Source of the DNA: Lama guanicoe | Lineage: Eukaryota | Assembly: GCA_013239625.1 (NCBI GenBank) | Contig: MU053810.1 | Span: forward strand, 3,173,518-3,237,517 | Length of the DNA: 64,000 nucleotides | Direction: 5' to 3' | In this document: positions 28,550 to 41,400 of the stretch, piece by piece | Layout: the number at the start of each line of letters is the position of its first letter | Numbering within the stretch: the first letter of the stretch is position 1 | The notes under the pieces: model-generated | The model's input: the letters and a program-made list of their open reading frames with translations, nothing else | What the model was told of the DNA's origin: nothing | Database searches by the model: none | Made by a program: the position numbers and the translations under genes

Positions 28550-29460
28550 AAGCCCAGGCGACTGCATCGCCGCAGTTTGCTCATCTCCCTGCATTTGAAC
28601 CGGTTCCCCGGGCGCGTGAGGCTCCCTCCGGCCCCGCCGCGGTCCGGAAACCGCGCGGGTCTGGGTTCGGGTAGTGACACTCGACGGCGCACGGCTCTCG
28701 GCGCAGCCGGGCCAGCTCCGCACCTCCGGGGACCCCCCCAGGCGGAGTCCCCCCCGCGGCTGCGGACCAAGCGGGGCGCCGGGGAGGGGGGCCCCGTGAC
28801 GTCACTCCCGGGACTGCGGTTGCCGCGAGACCGCCGCGTTCCGGTTCCGGCCGGTTGCCCCGGAGACGCGGGTACACAGAGAGAAACGGCTCCCGTCGGA
28901 GGCCGAGTGGTCGCCGCGATCGCCCCCTCCGCGGACTCGCCGGCCGGGCGCCGCCGAGCTGGTGGCGGGCGGAGGGCCGTGGGCGCCATGAGTCAGAGGC
29001 AGGTGCTGCAAGGTAGGCCCGGGCGCCCCGACGGGGGGCGGCGGGGCCCGGGGCCGCGGGCGGCGCGCTGCAGCCTGTCTCTCCCGCAGTGTTTGAGCAG
29101 TACCAGAAAGCCCGGACCCAGTTCGTCCAGACGGTAGCGGAGTTGGCGACCAGACCCCAGAACATTGAGACGCTGCAGAATGCGGGTGAGCCCTCACCCC
29201 GAAGCCGCGTCGCTCCGTGCCCCTGGCCTCGCCCCGCCCGTCGCCCCGCATCCCTTGGCGCCCCAGCCTCGCCCCGCACCTCCTTTCCTAGTGGCCGGGG
29301 TCCTCGGCCCTGCCTCGCCCCTACCCCCGGCATCCCCGGCCCCTCATCGCCGGTGTCCCCTGGCCACCCTTAGCCCCGGGTCCCTGTCGCCTCGCTCCCC
29401 TCGCGGCTGGGCCGTTGCGAGCGGCAGGATGGGGACAGGAGGACGGCGTCCCTGAGTTTC
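28550..29460 (+). promoter_or_regulatory. SPAG6 promoter CpG island with a palindromic CRE and two X-box-like sites
   Basis: GTGACGTCAC 28796-28805, GTTGCCGCGAGAC 28819-28831 and GTTGCCCCGGAGAC 28854-28867, all within 200 nt upstream of the SPAG6 ATG. Confidence 0.85.
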
Positions 29461-32400
29461 TCCAAATCACTGCGAAGGCTGTAGAAGCGTTCTGTCTCTT
29501 TAGCGGGTCTTTGCTGCTGAAGTTTCCAAATTGGCTTGAGAGGGGCCCGACGTCCTTATTTACATCTTTATCGCAACCAAGCAAATGTAAGGTTGAAAGT
29601 CAAGACCATAAGAATTGCCTGGAAATCATTTTACGTGAATGTGAAATCTACCCTAATCAGAGCCATTTTATCCGGATGCCCTGCCTTTGATCACTTTCGA
29701 CTTGACTTTCTCATGCCAAAGGAATTCCGGAGCGGTTGACACGTTATTTCTAGTCTTGCATTAGTGAAAGAGCAAAGATATGCTTAAATATTTTCCAAGA
29801 GTTTCAAAGAAGGCAGAGACCTAGCCTTGAGAAATCCTTATGGTGCTATTATTCCACCTCTCTGTCCAAAGTCACGTAGACTCTATAGAGAAAGGAAGAG
29901 TGTGTGTGTATGTGTGTGTGATTTTTCTTATCTTTTATCATAAACAGAGAAGATAATGGTGGTCCCGTCTCTCCCTGCCTCTGTTTCCTCCTTGGCTCTG
30001 TCTCTGTCTCTGATAAAGAATGATTCCACCACTATCTGAAGGTCGCATTTTATCACTACTGTGTTACAAGAAATCTTCAGTTTATAGGATGTGATCATTA
30101 AAACTCATTTAAATTAGCACAGAATCAGAAGAAAATTAAGAACATTTTTCAGGGCAAGAATGTTTAGACATAATGTTTAATCTGGATTTCTGTGAGGGGC
30201 ATTACTATTGTGCCTAGGTGGTCATTTCTCTTGTCACTAGGAGGGGTTCTGGTGCTTATACATTGCATATTTTAATTTTGGTGGTGGTAGGGGATGTATT
30301 TAGAATAGGGAAAGTGAATTTTATAATCATTTTTTAAACTGTTAATTTTGAGATAATTGTAGATTCACATGCAGTGGTAAGAAATAATATGGAGATCTCA
30401 TGGACCTCAAAACTGTATCACAACCAGGATGTTGACATTGATAAAAATCCATCAGTTTCTTTCGGGTTTCCCCAGTTTAAGTGTATGTGTGTGTTTAGTT
30501 CAAAACAATTTTATACCATGTGTGCCCATCACCACTGTAGTCAAGATGCCACTTTCATCACCACAAAGATCCCTTGTGATGCCTTTTTATAACTACACCC
30601 AATTTGTTCTTGTCCCTAACTCTGGGCAACCACTAACCTGTCCTCCATTTTAAAAATTTCAACTTTGATAATCTTTTGTTCCACAGCTGTTTCACCTGGA
30701 CTGGTTTTCTTTCCTATGCATGTGTGTGTGCTTGTGTGCATGCATATATACAACTCAGAGTACCCAGAGCAGTGCTGGTCACACAGTGTTGCATATACAC
30801 TATTGTAACTTTATTAAAGCATATTACATTTTTTGAATGCACTTATTTTTTCAGATTTTTTTCCCCTCAGCTCTACTCAGTAGCCTTTGTGAATGGACAC
30901 TTGCTATTTACAAATGTTTAATTTTCTTGACAGTGTGTATACAGCTAAACTAAAACATGATTTTTTAAAAAGGGGAAATGATTGACATTCTTTTAGAAAT
31001 TTGATACTGAAACAGAGATGTACAGATAACACTTAAGATACAGAACATCATGTTTTAGTGTAATAGTGACAAATTATCTCTTCTCATAAGTGTACAGTGT
31101 AGAATGTATTATGGAATTTAATCAATCCAAACAGGCTAAATCATCATCAAAGTAGAAGTGACTTAGGTATAACATTCTTTTTTTTTAATTGAGTTATAGT
31201 CAGTTTACAATGTTGTGTCAATTTCTGCTGTACAGCACAATTAGATACAACATTCTTAAATAGCCACCTGTTTCCACTTATTGTCTGGCTTATGAAGGAA
31301 TGGAATACAAAAGGAATAGAACTTAATATTTTGAAGTTACACACTTGACTATTATCTTGATGGAATTACAAGATTTTTCTTTCCCCTGAGGAACTTATTT
31401 TTAACATATTTCATGTTATCTAAATTCAACTTAAGCACCCTTTTAATAACTTTAAATAGAGACAGATAATGAATATTCCAATATATTTATTCTTTTAATT
31501 AAAAAATCCCTATAAGCTTTGTTGTGAAAACTTGTCTTAATAGTTAGCCATCCAAATGGTTCATTTTTTGAAATGCACCATCGACTTAAAAATACATTTG
31601 AATGAGCCACAATATGTGTACATCAATTATATATTTTGATTAAGCTTTGTTGTTGTTTTGTGTTTTTTTTTTTTTTTTGCCCAGTCAGGTGACTTCATTT
31701 TGGTAGCATGACACCAATGCATTTTTGTTCCTGACTTTAATATCATACTGTCCACATACCTAGGAGGGTTTTGTTTTGTTTTCTCACTTTTCTCCCCTAA
31801 TAAACTGTTTAAATAAATATGTATCATGGGTCCAAAATAATATGAAAAAAGTTTTCCATATAGGCATCATGATTAATCAGTAGTTGACTTGTTAAGAAGT
31901 TTTTAATTCATTCAAGGTGAAAGGAACCTTAAAAGTAAAAATTGTCAAAGGAGTTTTAGTTCATTTAAAATCTCTGATCTTTTCCATTGTGTTTTTGATG
32001 TGCTAATGAGAGAATTTTCTTTATTAAATATGTCCAAAGTAATTATAAAGCAAACAAAGTTTTACAAGATATCTTCTTCAGAGTATTTGGACAAAAATAA
32101 GTTTGAGTTGTCCAAAATTGTTACTAGCAAGAACTGTATACAGTGTGTCCAGAACCTAGAGTTTTTTTTTCTTTTCTCATTGAGATTTTCTTCCTTATAA
32201 ATCAAAAGAATGATATGTGAAAACATTAAAAAGTTTAATGTTTGTTATAAAGTCTCTTTATGCACCCTCAAACCCTGTATGTTTGAACCATTGCATCTTG
32301 CAGCTATTTAAAAATGAATTTGGATACTTCCACTCTTTGAATAATTAGTAACATGACTGCAATGATAGAGATAATACCCTGTTAACTTCTATCAGTTGTA

Positions 32401-35400
32401 GAATTTCAGCAATTGGAGGTGGTTGTTGTAAAATATAAGAAAAGTGTTTTGTGGTATATTGGAGTACGAGGCCACTCTTAGGTTGGTTAGAAGGTTTGTT
32501 TTTTTTTTAATTTTAAATAAGCTAATAAAAGCTCCAGGAACATGATTTTTAAATTGCTTAGCTATATAAAATAAAGTTCTGAAGCAGTTACTTATGTAAG
32601 AAAAGTGGAGGGTAAATTTTTAAATAATACTTTGTAATATTTCACTTGTTACCTGTAGCAAAATGGTAAACATGGCAAATGAGTATAGTAGTTATGCACA
32701 TTTTCAGAAGAGTAGAAATCTAAAAGGTTGCCTAATACTTTAAATATGCATCTGTATGAAGCTAATTTGCAAATTGAGGCAATTTATTTGGTTCAGAATT
32801 CAAGAAAAAAAGTGATATATGTTGACATAAAATGATTTTAAATTACATGTGTCTGAGGCAGGGTGAAAATCTTCAGATTAATGATCTAGGACTTCAGTTT
32901 ACTATGAGAAGGAAAAGCCTGTAGTGTACTTTTATAATGTATTTAAAACATATCCTGAGAGGTACAGGCACCATGATTTCCTTACAAAAACTACTGTTCC
33001 AAAGGATACTGGAACTGAAAAAATGATTAGTAAAGCAACTTCAAAAAACTTAACCAATTATGCTATTTAAATTTGATGTATTTTGTCAATATAAAAGAAA
33101 TATTACAGTTGTGAATGTATGTAATTAACTCAGAGCACTGACTTTTTTTAAGGACAGGGATAGAGTTGGTTTTTTAAAAATATATACTTCAGTGGAAAAT
33201 ATTCTAGAGAACTATAAAAATTCAGAACTTGTGTGCATCTAACAATATATCCTAAAAACAAGATCTTTCAGAATTTTAGTCTGTGTTGCAAATCATTGTT
33301 CCTTCATGGACATTCATCTGTTTTGTTATCCAAGCATTGGTACATAAGTAGAAAATACTATAGCCAGAGCTAAGATCTCACTGTTTTCTTAGGAAAAGCT
33401 GGGTGACTAAAAGGAATCCAAGCTCTAGATGAACATGTAAGAGTGGGTTTTGGAAATGGCAAATGGATGTGGGTTAAATTTTAATGCCACAGATTAAATG
33501 TTTTTAAAAAGTTATTTGTTTCCTACAAACACTTCACATTAAAATTTTTTTTTTTGAGGCCTTTGCTCCTCTGACTAGAACCTTTCCCTCCATTTCTTTG
33601 CCTGCTTAGTTTCTACTCATTTTTATGACTCTATTTGGAGCCTGATTCCTCAGGGAAACCTTCCCTGAGCCCTCACAGTGAGCTGTCTCTTGATTTATCT
33701 TGCCTTGATTCTGATACTTCTCTTTCATCATCCTTATCACAATTGTAATGATTTAGTTTCTCCACTAACTGAATTCCATGCCCAGCACAACGCTTAGCCT
33801 AGAGCAGATGCCAAACGTGATTCAGCAGAACAAGGAAGGAGTCATTGTTTTTCCAAGTGTTTGCATATCTCTTAAAAGATGAGATTTTTATTAACAGCTC
33901 AGGTTGATAGAATGGGTATCTTCTTTCAAAGAAGGGTGGATAATTGCCCGCATCACAAAGTGAGTTAGTGGCCATACTGGGACTAGAACCTGTTTCTTAC
34001 TTGCTGTCTGACCTTGTGCTCTTTCTATGTTGCCTCATGGGTAGGATGTAAGTTATTCCTAGATGTTCTGGGAGTTCCGAATAAACCTCACTGTTAACTG
34101 TTAAAATGAGTCATCTGTTTAGGCCTTTGGGTACCAATGCCCATCCAGTCATTGTGCACAAAGTTCTTTTGAGGTCTCCTTGAGGACCATCACGGGTTGT
34201 TGAGTGGAGGCCGGATGCAGAGGACCAACTTTAGTTGATACATACCTGGAGGTTTGAGGGAGTTGAAGTTGTATTTAGGGCTGAAGCCGGCTTCAGAGCT
34301 CTAGAAGACCTTTTGGCTTGCTCTGGCTTCTAAGGGAAGCCTTATCAAATCAGAAGCTCTTTAAAAGCACCCGGGGAAAGTGTGTAATCCACTGGCAGTT
34401 GAGAACCAAGAGAGTACTTCAGAGAGCTGTTAGACTGAGTCCCACCATTATCAGGGAGCATGCTGAGAAGGCTTCCTCAGACCCCAGGGTGCCCGGTGCC
34501 CTGTGATAACTGCCTGCTCTCCAGGCTTTCTGAGAACACGTGAGGTAGAACATGAGGAAGAGGGCAGCCCTGGGTCTTCGTCGGTTGATTGACGTGAGTG
34601 TGTACTCAACTCTTCCCTTTGGTTTTTTATCTAATCATACATTGTGTGAAGGGCTTTTCTTCACTGTTCACTGGGAGCAGACCTTCGGGGTTTCTATGGA
34701 GTAGATGTACTGGCCCTGGGAGAAATCCTGGGTCATACCTTGAGAAAAAATTTGGCCTTTTCTTGTAATGGGCAGGATGGCCATCTGAACACAAGTCAGC
34801 CTTCTCTAATTTCCAGAGTGAAACATTGGTTTTGCTGTATACCTCAAGTTTTCTACTATGAAGGTGGCTCACTTTTAAATTTATTGTTTATTCAAGTTCT
34901 AGTAAAAATCTTGTCTCAATTTGCAAATTAGCTGTTACAATAAACCAAGTTCTATTAAAGATCAAGTGATATTGATATTGTGTCCATGTGTCTCCAAAGG
35001 AAATGATCTCTATCCACTTTTCTGTATATTCTATCTCTGTGTCACGTGAGAATCATTATTAAATTATGTACATAGACTAGATTACATTATTTTTCCATAG
35101 AAATGTCTTTGTAGAATTAGTCTCGTAATATGCCCCTGCCCTTCTTCAGGGCTTATTTAAAAACAGATTTTTTTCATAACTTTAAAAATCTATCACTGAA
35201 GACATTGTCCATTCTGCTGTTAAATTATTTTTAATATAAAGATATACTCATTTATTCTACCAATCTTTCTTAACTATCATGTGTCAAGCCAGGCCTAGGT
35301 ATAAAACATCAGGAAAAAAATTGTTCCTGTTTCCTTTTATTTCATAAAGTGGCTCCCTTTTTAAATTTTGCTGCCAGGAAACTCAGTGCTATGTTCAGAG

Positions 35401-38400
35401 TTCACTTGTAACAACTCTCCCTAAATTACATTTCTAGTAAAAAGCAACAACCCTAAAAACCAAAAAACCCTTTCCATGACATGGCTCTCAGTTACTCTCT
35501 TTGTATCCATACCTTTTAATCTATCTCAGAAAAATTTTAAGTAGGTAGAATATGAATAAAACAAACAATTTCATCTGAAGATAGATTTTTGAACTGATGC
35601 CTTTCAAATGTTTCCTCTTCGAATATTACCCATGACATCTCTTGGAGCAGGCAGTGCTTTTAGAATTGTCCTTTCATCCTCTGCACTGACTCCATTCCTA
35701 GACGTTCAGAATTGTCCTTTCATCCTCTGCACTGACTCCATTCCTAGACGTTCCACTCTTCTCCGGGTAGACGAGTGTAACAGGTGTGTGTTGCAAAAGA
35801 GAAAGCACACTGACAGAAGACGGGACTAATTTAAAATTTGCAGCTCTCTAGAAGACTTTTAAATTAAAATAGAATTATATTTATGTGGGGTGGTTAGATG
35901 AGGGAATAGGTTAAATGACCCATTTGAGTTCCTTAAAAGATTTATGAATTTATGATAACAGTGACATTTATGTACCTGACCTCATGTAGTTAAAGAAAAA
36001 ACTATGAAACATGTTATCCATTTTGTTACTTTAATTAAAATTTACCTGGAAAGAGAAAAATGCACATTAATTTTCACAGTTTGTTCATTCATCATTCAAC
36101 ACACATATACTGAGTGTCCAAGTGCCAGGTTCATGCTTAGATGCTGACCATGCAAAAACAGAAGGCAGAGACTCCATCCTTAAGGAGCTTATTTGCTTAT
36201 GGAGGGATATATAAATAAAGTACATTTTGATAAGTGCCTAATGTATAGACACATGGAGCACACATGAAAGGTACCGAACCGAGCTTTAGAAATGAAGGGC
36301 ACCGGTCATGGGAGGCTTCTAGGAGGAGGTGTTATGTGTGCTGAATTTCCTAGGAGTTAGCTAGATGAAGCAGAGGGAGAGGAAGCTGCATTCAGGTAGA
36401 GGGACCATTACGTGTAAAGGCAAAGAGGCCAGAGAAAAGGTGGTACTCTGTAGAAAAGGCGGATGTTTGGGTGTGGCTGGAGCTTCTGGGGAATGGGACA
36501 GGGGAGAGGCAGGTCAGTGGCTGGAGAGGAAAACAGGCTTAATTAGGAAGGCCCTCACCTGAAGTTTGGATTTATCCTGAAGTTACTGAAAAGTTTTAAT
36601 TAGAGGGATGATGGGGTCCATTTTGTGTTCTAGAGAGATGATTTTCGTGGCAGGGTGGAGAACAGACTGAAGGGGGCTGAATCAGGATGGGGAAGGCCAG
36701 GTGCCCATTTCGCTACAGCAGTCGTGCTGGGTAAGGGGTCTGCACCACTTGTGACTCAGCAGAGTGGGGCGGGCGGGGGCAGGTGAGGAGGGGGGAGTTC
36801 AAAATGACTCCAAGGCTTCTGGTTATTTAGGCAAATTAGCACCATTCATTAATGGAAAAGGGACACAAACAGCAGCCAGAAACGGTGTTTCACTCTGTAA
36901 CGGCATTGAGGCTGCCGTGGGAGATCTCTGTGCCCGTGGTAAGCAGTTTGGATACCGGGTTCTGGAGCTCAGGAGAGAGATCTCAGCTGAAAATAAAGAT
37001 CTGGATATGTGGAGCTTACCTGTTCATTTGAAAATATATTGAAAGCCCATTTTTTATTTCTTTATGTAATTATAAACATGTTAGTTCCAATCATTTTGCC
37101 TAAAGTATCATGTAAATTGAACAGCCCATTACTTTTATGCTCTGCATACTCACTCAGGGAAAAGCTCACATGTCAACAGTGGTGGCTGTGACCTAGTCAA
37201 GAGTCACACTTGCACTGGAATGGGATTTCCGTCTAACACAGCAGTCATGGAAGAGACCAACAGGAATGTTAGTGGCAGAATAACGTGAATTCAACAGGTG
37301 GTGTACATTCTAAACCTGGCACAGGGGCCAGTTTTCACTGGTAAATGGGCTGATTGATATTGGGGAGCAGAAACAGGAGGGCGTAGACTCTGGAGCTATA
37401 AATAGCATCTACCTCATAGGATTGTAATGAGCATTAATAGGTTAATACTTATAAATTTTTAAGGGATGTGCCTGGCACATGGTAAATGTTCTTTAAGTGT
37501 GTGTTCAGTCAGTAAATACATACATAACATGCTTCCTTCCCTCTTAGAGGAGTTGCTGGCTGCCAGAGAGTCAGTGGTCTCTGTCCCCTCTTCCTCTCAA
37601 CAATGGCCTGTGAGGCGTGGCAGCCCTTTGCTCACAAATGACTGAATTAGCAGTGAATCACCAAACAAAATTCAGAGGATACTATAGTTAATGAGAATAA
37701 ATTTAAAAGGAGGACATAGATTATTCTTGATCATCAGAGTTTCTTGACTGTTTTACCATTGCAATTCAATTTTATGTGAAAAAGACGATCCATACATTTT
37801 GTGATTCATTCTGACCCTTTGAATAAATGATAAAGCTCTTTGTGTTTTGTCAGGAATATAACATCTAAAAATCATGATTGACTTTATAAAATGGCAGTGA
37901 AAAGTTGTTTCACAGAAAACATGCCAAATATATATGATACCAAAATTTATTAATTCTTAATCAAATGCAGGCATAGTGGCCAGGGGTATATAATCATAGA
38001 GGCTGAAAGAAATCAGATCAAGGCCTGGAAATTCTTACTTGGAAAAAAAAAAAAAACAGGAAAGGGACAAAAATATTTTAAAGTAAAAACTGACCAGTGA
38101 AGGAAGATGAGAACATATTTTATATCAGTGTCATGAGACTTGCTTCAGTAAAACTATAGACATGTAAATGTAATAACTTATGATAGAAATTAAAGATTTA
38201 AAAGCACAGTAAATCTGATAAGTGTAATTGGAGTTCCCTGTAATAGGAAACGAGGTGGTGCTTGTAGTAGCAAAATCAAAGGGGATGGTGGTTTTCTAGA
38301 GTCAGGACCACAAGTGTTTCAGTAAGAGTTAGATGTGTGTTCAGAACTGTGCCAGGTAATTTGAGAAATGGAAAAGAAGTATAAAACAGAGACACTGCTC

Positions 38401-41400
38401 TAGAAATGTTATTTTATTTAGGAGGTAAGGCATTTTTCCCTATAAAACGAACTAGAGAACCACATAAATATCAAAGATGCCTTCTATGCTTTGCACAACT
38501 TCAGCAGTGCCATTTGCATCATGTGAATGGCAAATCCTGGATTTGTGCAGTAGACAACCTGCCCAGCCATCCATGGTAGGCCTGGGAATTATTCAAAGTC
38601 TTCATTTTCATTTATTTCCTGAGAGTGAGTGGTGCAAACAATAATGCTCCTCATGGTTTCCCTTAGAAAGTAACACCACAGAAATCTTAATTTGACCTAT
38701 AATAAATTTGATCTGGTCCCAGCCAACCTCTCCAGCTTTATCTCTTGCCACATCAGTCCCCCTCCCCTGCCCTTTATGTTTCAGATCAATGTGCATTTAT
38801 CAGGACTTCTTCAACAGTCTGCAACAATCATGCATCACTTGTCCAAGCCAGAAACTTGGAGTATTAGTGATTCCTCCCTCTTCTTCACCACAATCAGTTT
38901 GTCTGCTAAATATCTCCTTAGACCTTTCACTTTCCTCTTTCCCTTTGGCCATTGCTATTCTCCAGGCTGTCTTCACATCTGGCCTCGGTTTCTGCTACAG
39001 CTTCCCAAGCGGTCTTCCTGCCTCCTCACTTCTCTCTTTCCATCCTTTCTCCCCAGTGTAATCAGAGTGAGCCTTCTTTACAAAGTGCAAATTTGATCTG
39101 TCACCGCACTGACATTAATGCTCAGATTAAATTCAAAATACGAAACTCGTCTCTCATCTCTTAGACTATAGTCAAACTGCGTTCTCAGTTTTGTCAACAT
39201 ATCTAGCTCTTTTTGGTTCTGACCTTCATGTATACAGTTCTTTCCAGTTGGAGTCCTCTCCAATCCTGCCCCTCTTCACTCCCTCCAATTTTTTTTCAGC
39301 AGACAATTTGCCTGAGAGCCTTCAGACCTCAATTTCTTTATTTTTTTTTTATTTTTAAGGGTTTTTTTTGGGGGGGTGCTGGGTAAGTAACTAGGTTATT
39401 TACTTATTTATTTGTAGAGGAGGTAGTGGGGATTGAACCCAAGACTTCCTGCATGTTAAGCTTGCGCTCTACTGCTTGAATTATATCCTGTCCCCTCTCA
39501 GACCTCAATTTAGATGTCAGTTACCCTTCGTGCCTTCCCACTGTCCCTCACAGCCTGGGTTAGATGCTCTCCTGTAAGTCTGCAAGCATCCTCTACTTCC
39601 TCAGTTGCACGCGTCGTAATGTGTTGCATTTGTTTATCTCTCATGACCCCTTTATGAGTTCCTTCAGGTCAGAGACAATTGTCTTATATAACACCTTGTG
39701 TATTCTTGATATTTCTTAAATGAATGGTGAATTAATTATTCCTTAGTAATTCTAAAATATGTGATAGAAAAGGCTCAATCCATGGGGCGGTGCAACCTTA
39801 AATATGTCTTCATTACAATGGAAGGTATTGATGAATCAATGAGTCATGTGTGTTAATAATAATAAAATTGTTGATGGAAAACATGGTCCACAAAGGGAAT
39901 TGATTCCTTCAGTGCTTTTGTTGGTCAAATACTTACTGGTGTTTATTTTGTCCCAACTGATCTTTCTAGCCCTTTAGAAATTTTAACTCATTTTAATTCT
40001 CGTAACTTTCTGAGGTAGTCTTGGAATTTGTCACCATTTTGTGTACGAGGAAACTGAGACACAGAGATGTTAAGTAACCTCCCTGAGGCTTCACAGTCAA
40101 GAAGTAGCGTAGTCCAGATTTGAACCCAGTCTCCCTCCAGACACCTCAGTCATTTGTCTCTCAACATAGGCAGTCATGTAACAAGTAGGGCAAGATTCCT
40201 TCTATTTCTAAAGCATGAAGTTTCTTTTATGTTCTCACGGGAGCCCAACAGAATGCCTGAGTAACACTGACAGTCAAAGGTGAACCCTTTGCTGTGTATC
40301 AGTTAATTGTACGCAGAAATCACTTCCAAAACTTGAATGAACTGTAGTAGCAAATTTCATAGTAAATAGATATATAGAAAGTAGTTTCAGGTTAAAATAA
40401 AACATGTTGTTGGAATTTTGAAGTTTTAAAGGTTTGTGAAATTTACAGCAACATATTTTTAACATATTTTGTGTTTATGATAATTTTGAATATTATAGGA
40501 AAGTGAAAATATATAGTAGAAATCATTTCATTTTTAAGCGTAAAAAAACAAAGAGGGACATCAAAGGATACTGTCAGAGAATGAAAAGACAGCTGACAGA
40601 ATCGGAGAAAATATTTGCAAAGCATATATTTGATAAGAGCTTAATATTCAGAATATATAAAGAACTACAACCAACAACAACAAAAAATCCACTTCAGAAA
40701 TGGGCAGAAGACTTAAAACGATTATATTTCTCCAAAGAAGATATACAAATGGACAATAAGCACATGAAAAGATGCTCAGCATCGCTAGTCATTTGGAAAA
40801 ATGCAAATCAAACCTCGGATAGATACCACTTCACACCCATTAGGATGGCTACTAAAAACAACAATGAAACATAAGTGTTGGTGAGGATGTGGAGAAATTG
40901 GAATTCTTGTACTTTGCTGGTGGGAATGTAAAATGGTGCAGCTACCATGGAAAACAGTTTGGTCAAAAAGTTAAACACAGGTTACCATTTGGTCCAGCAG
41001 TTCCACTCAAATGGATATTTGTACACCAATGTGCACAGCAGCCTTATTCACAGTAACCTAAAGGTGGAAACAACCCTAATGTCCATCAACACATGACTAG
41101 ATAAACACAATGTGGTGTATACATACAATGGAATATTATTCAGTCTTAAAAGGGAATGAAACTTTTATACATGCTACAACACGGATGAAACTTAAAAACA
41201 TTATGCTAAGTGAAAGAAGTCAGATAAAAAAGAACAAATACTCTGTGATTCCACTGATATGAAGTGTCTAAAATAGGCAAAATCACAGAGACAGAAAGTA
41301 GAATAGGGGCTCCCAGGGGCTGAGAGCAGGGGGATGGGAAGTTACTGTTTAATTGGTAGAGACTGTCTGTTTGGGATGATGATAAGTTCTGGAAATGATA

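Noticed and set aside
31680..31759. Confident terminal exon of the antisense pseudogene (VCGQYDIKVRNKNALVSCYQNEVT*)
   Set aside because: Phase-compatible, but the acceptor has a poor pyrimidine tract and AG|GTATGT could equally be a donor; kept only as a tentative boundary.
40503..40874. 123-aa ORF as an independent gene
   Set aside because: Degenerate L1 ORF2 C-terminal fragment.
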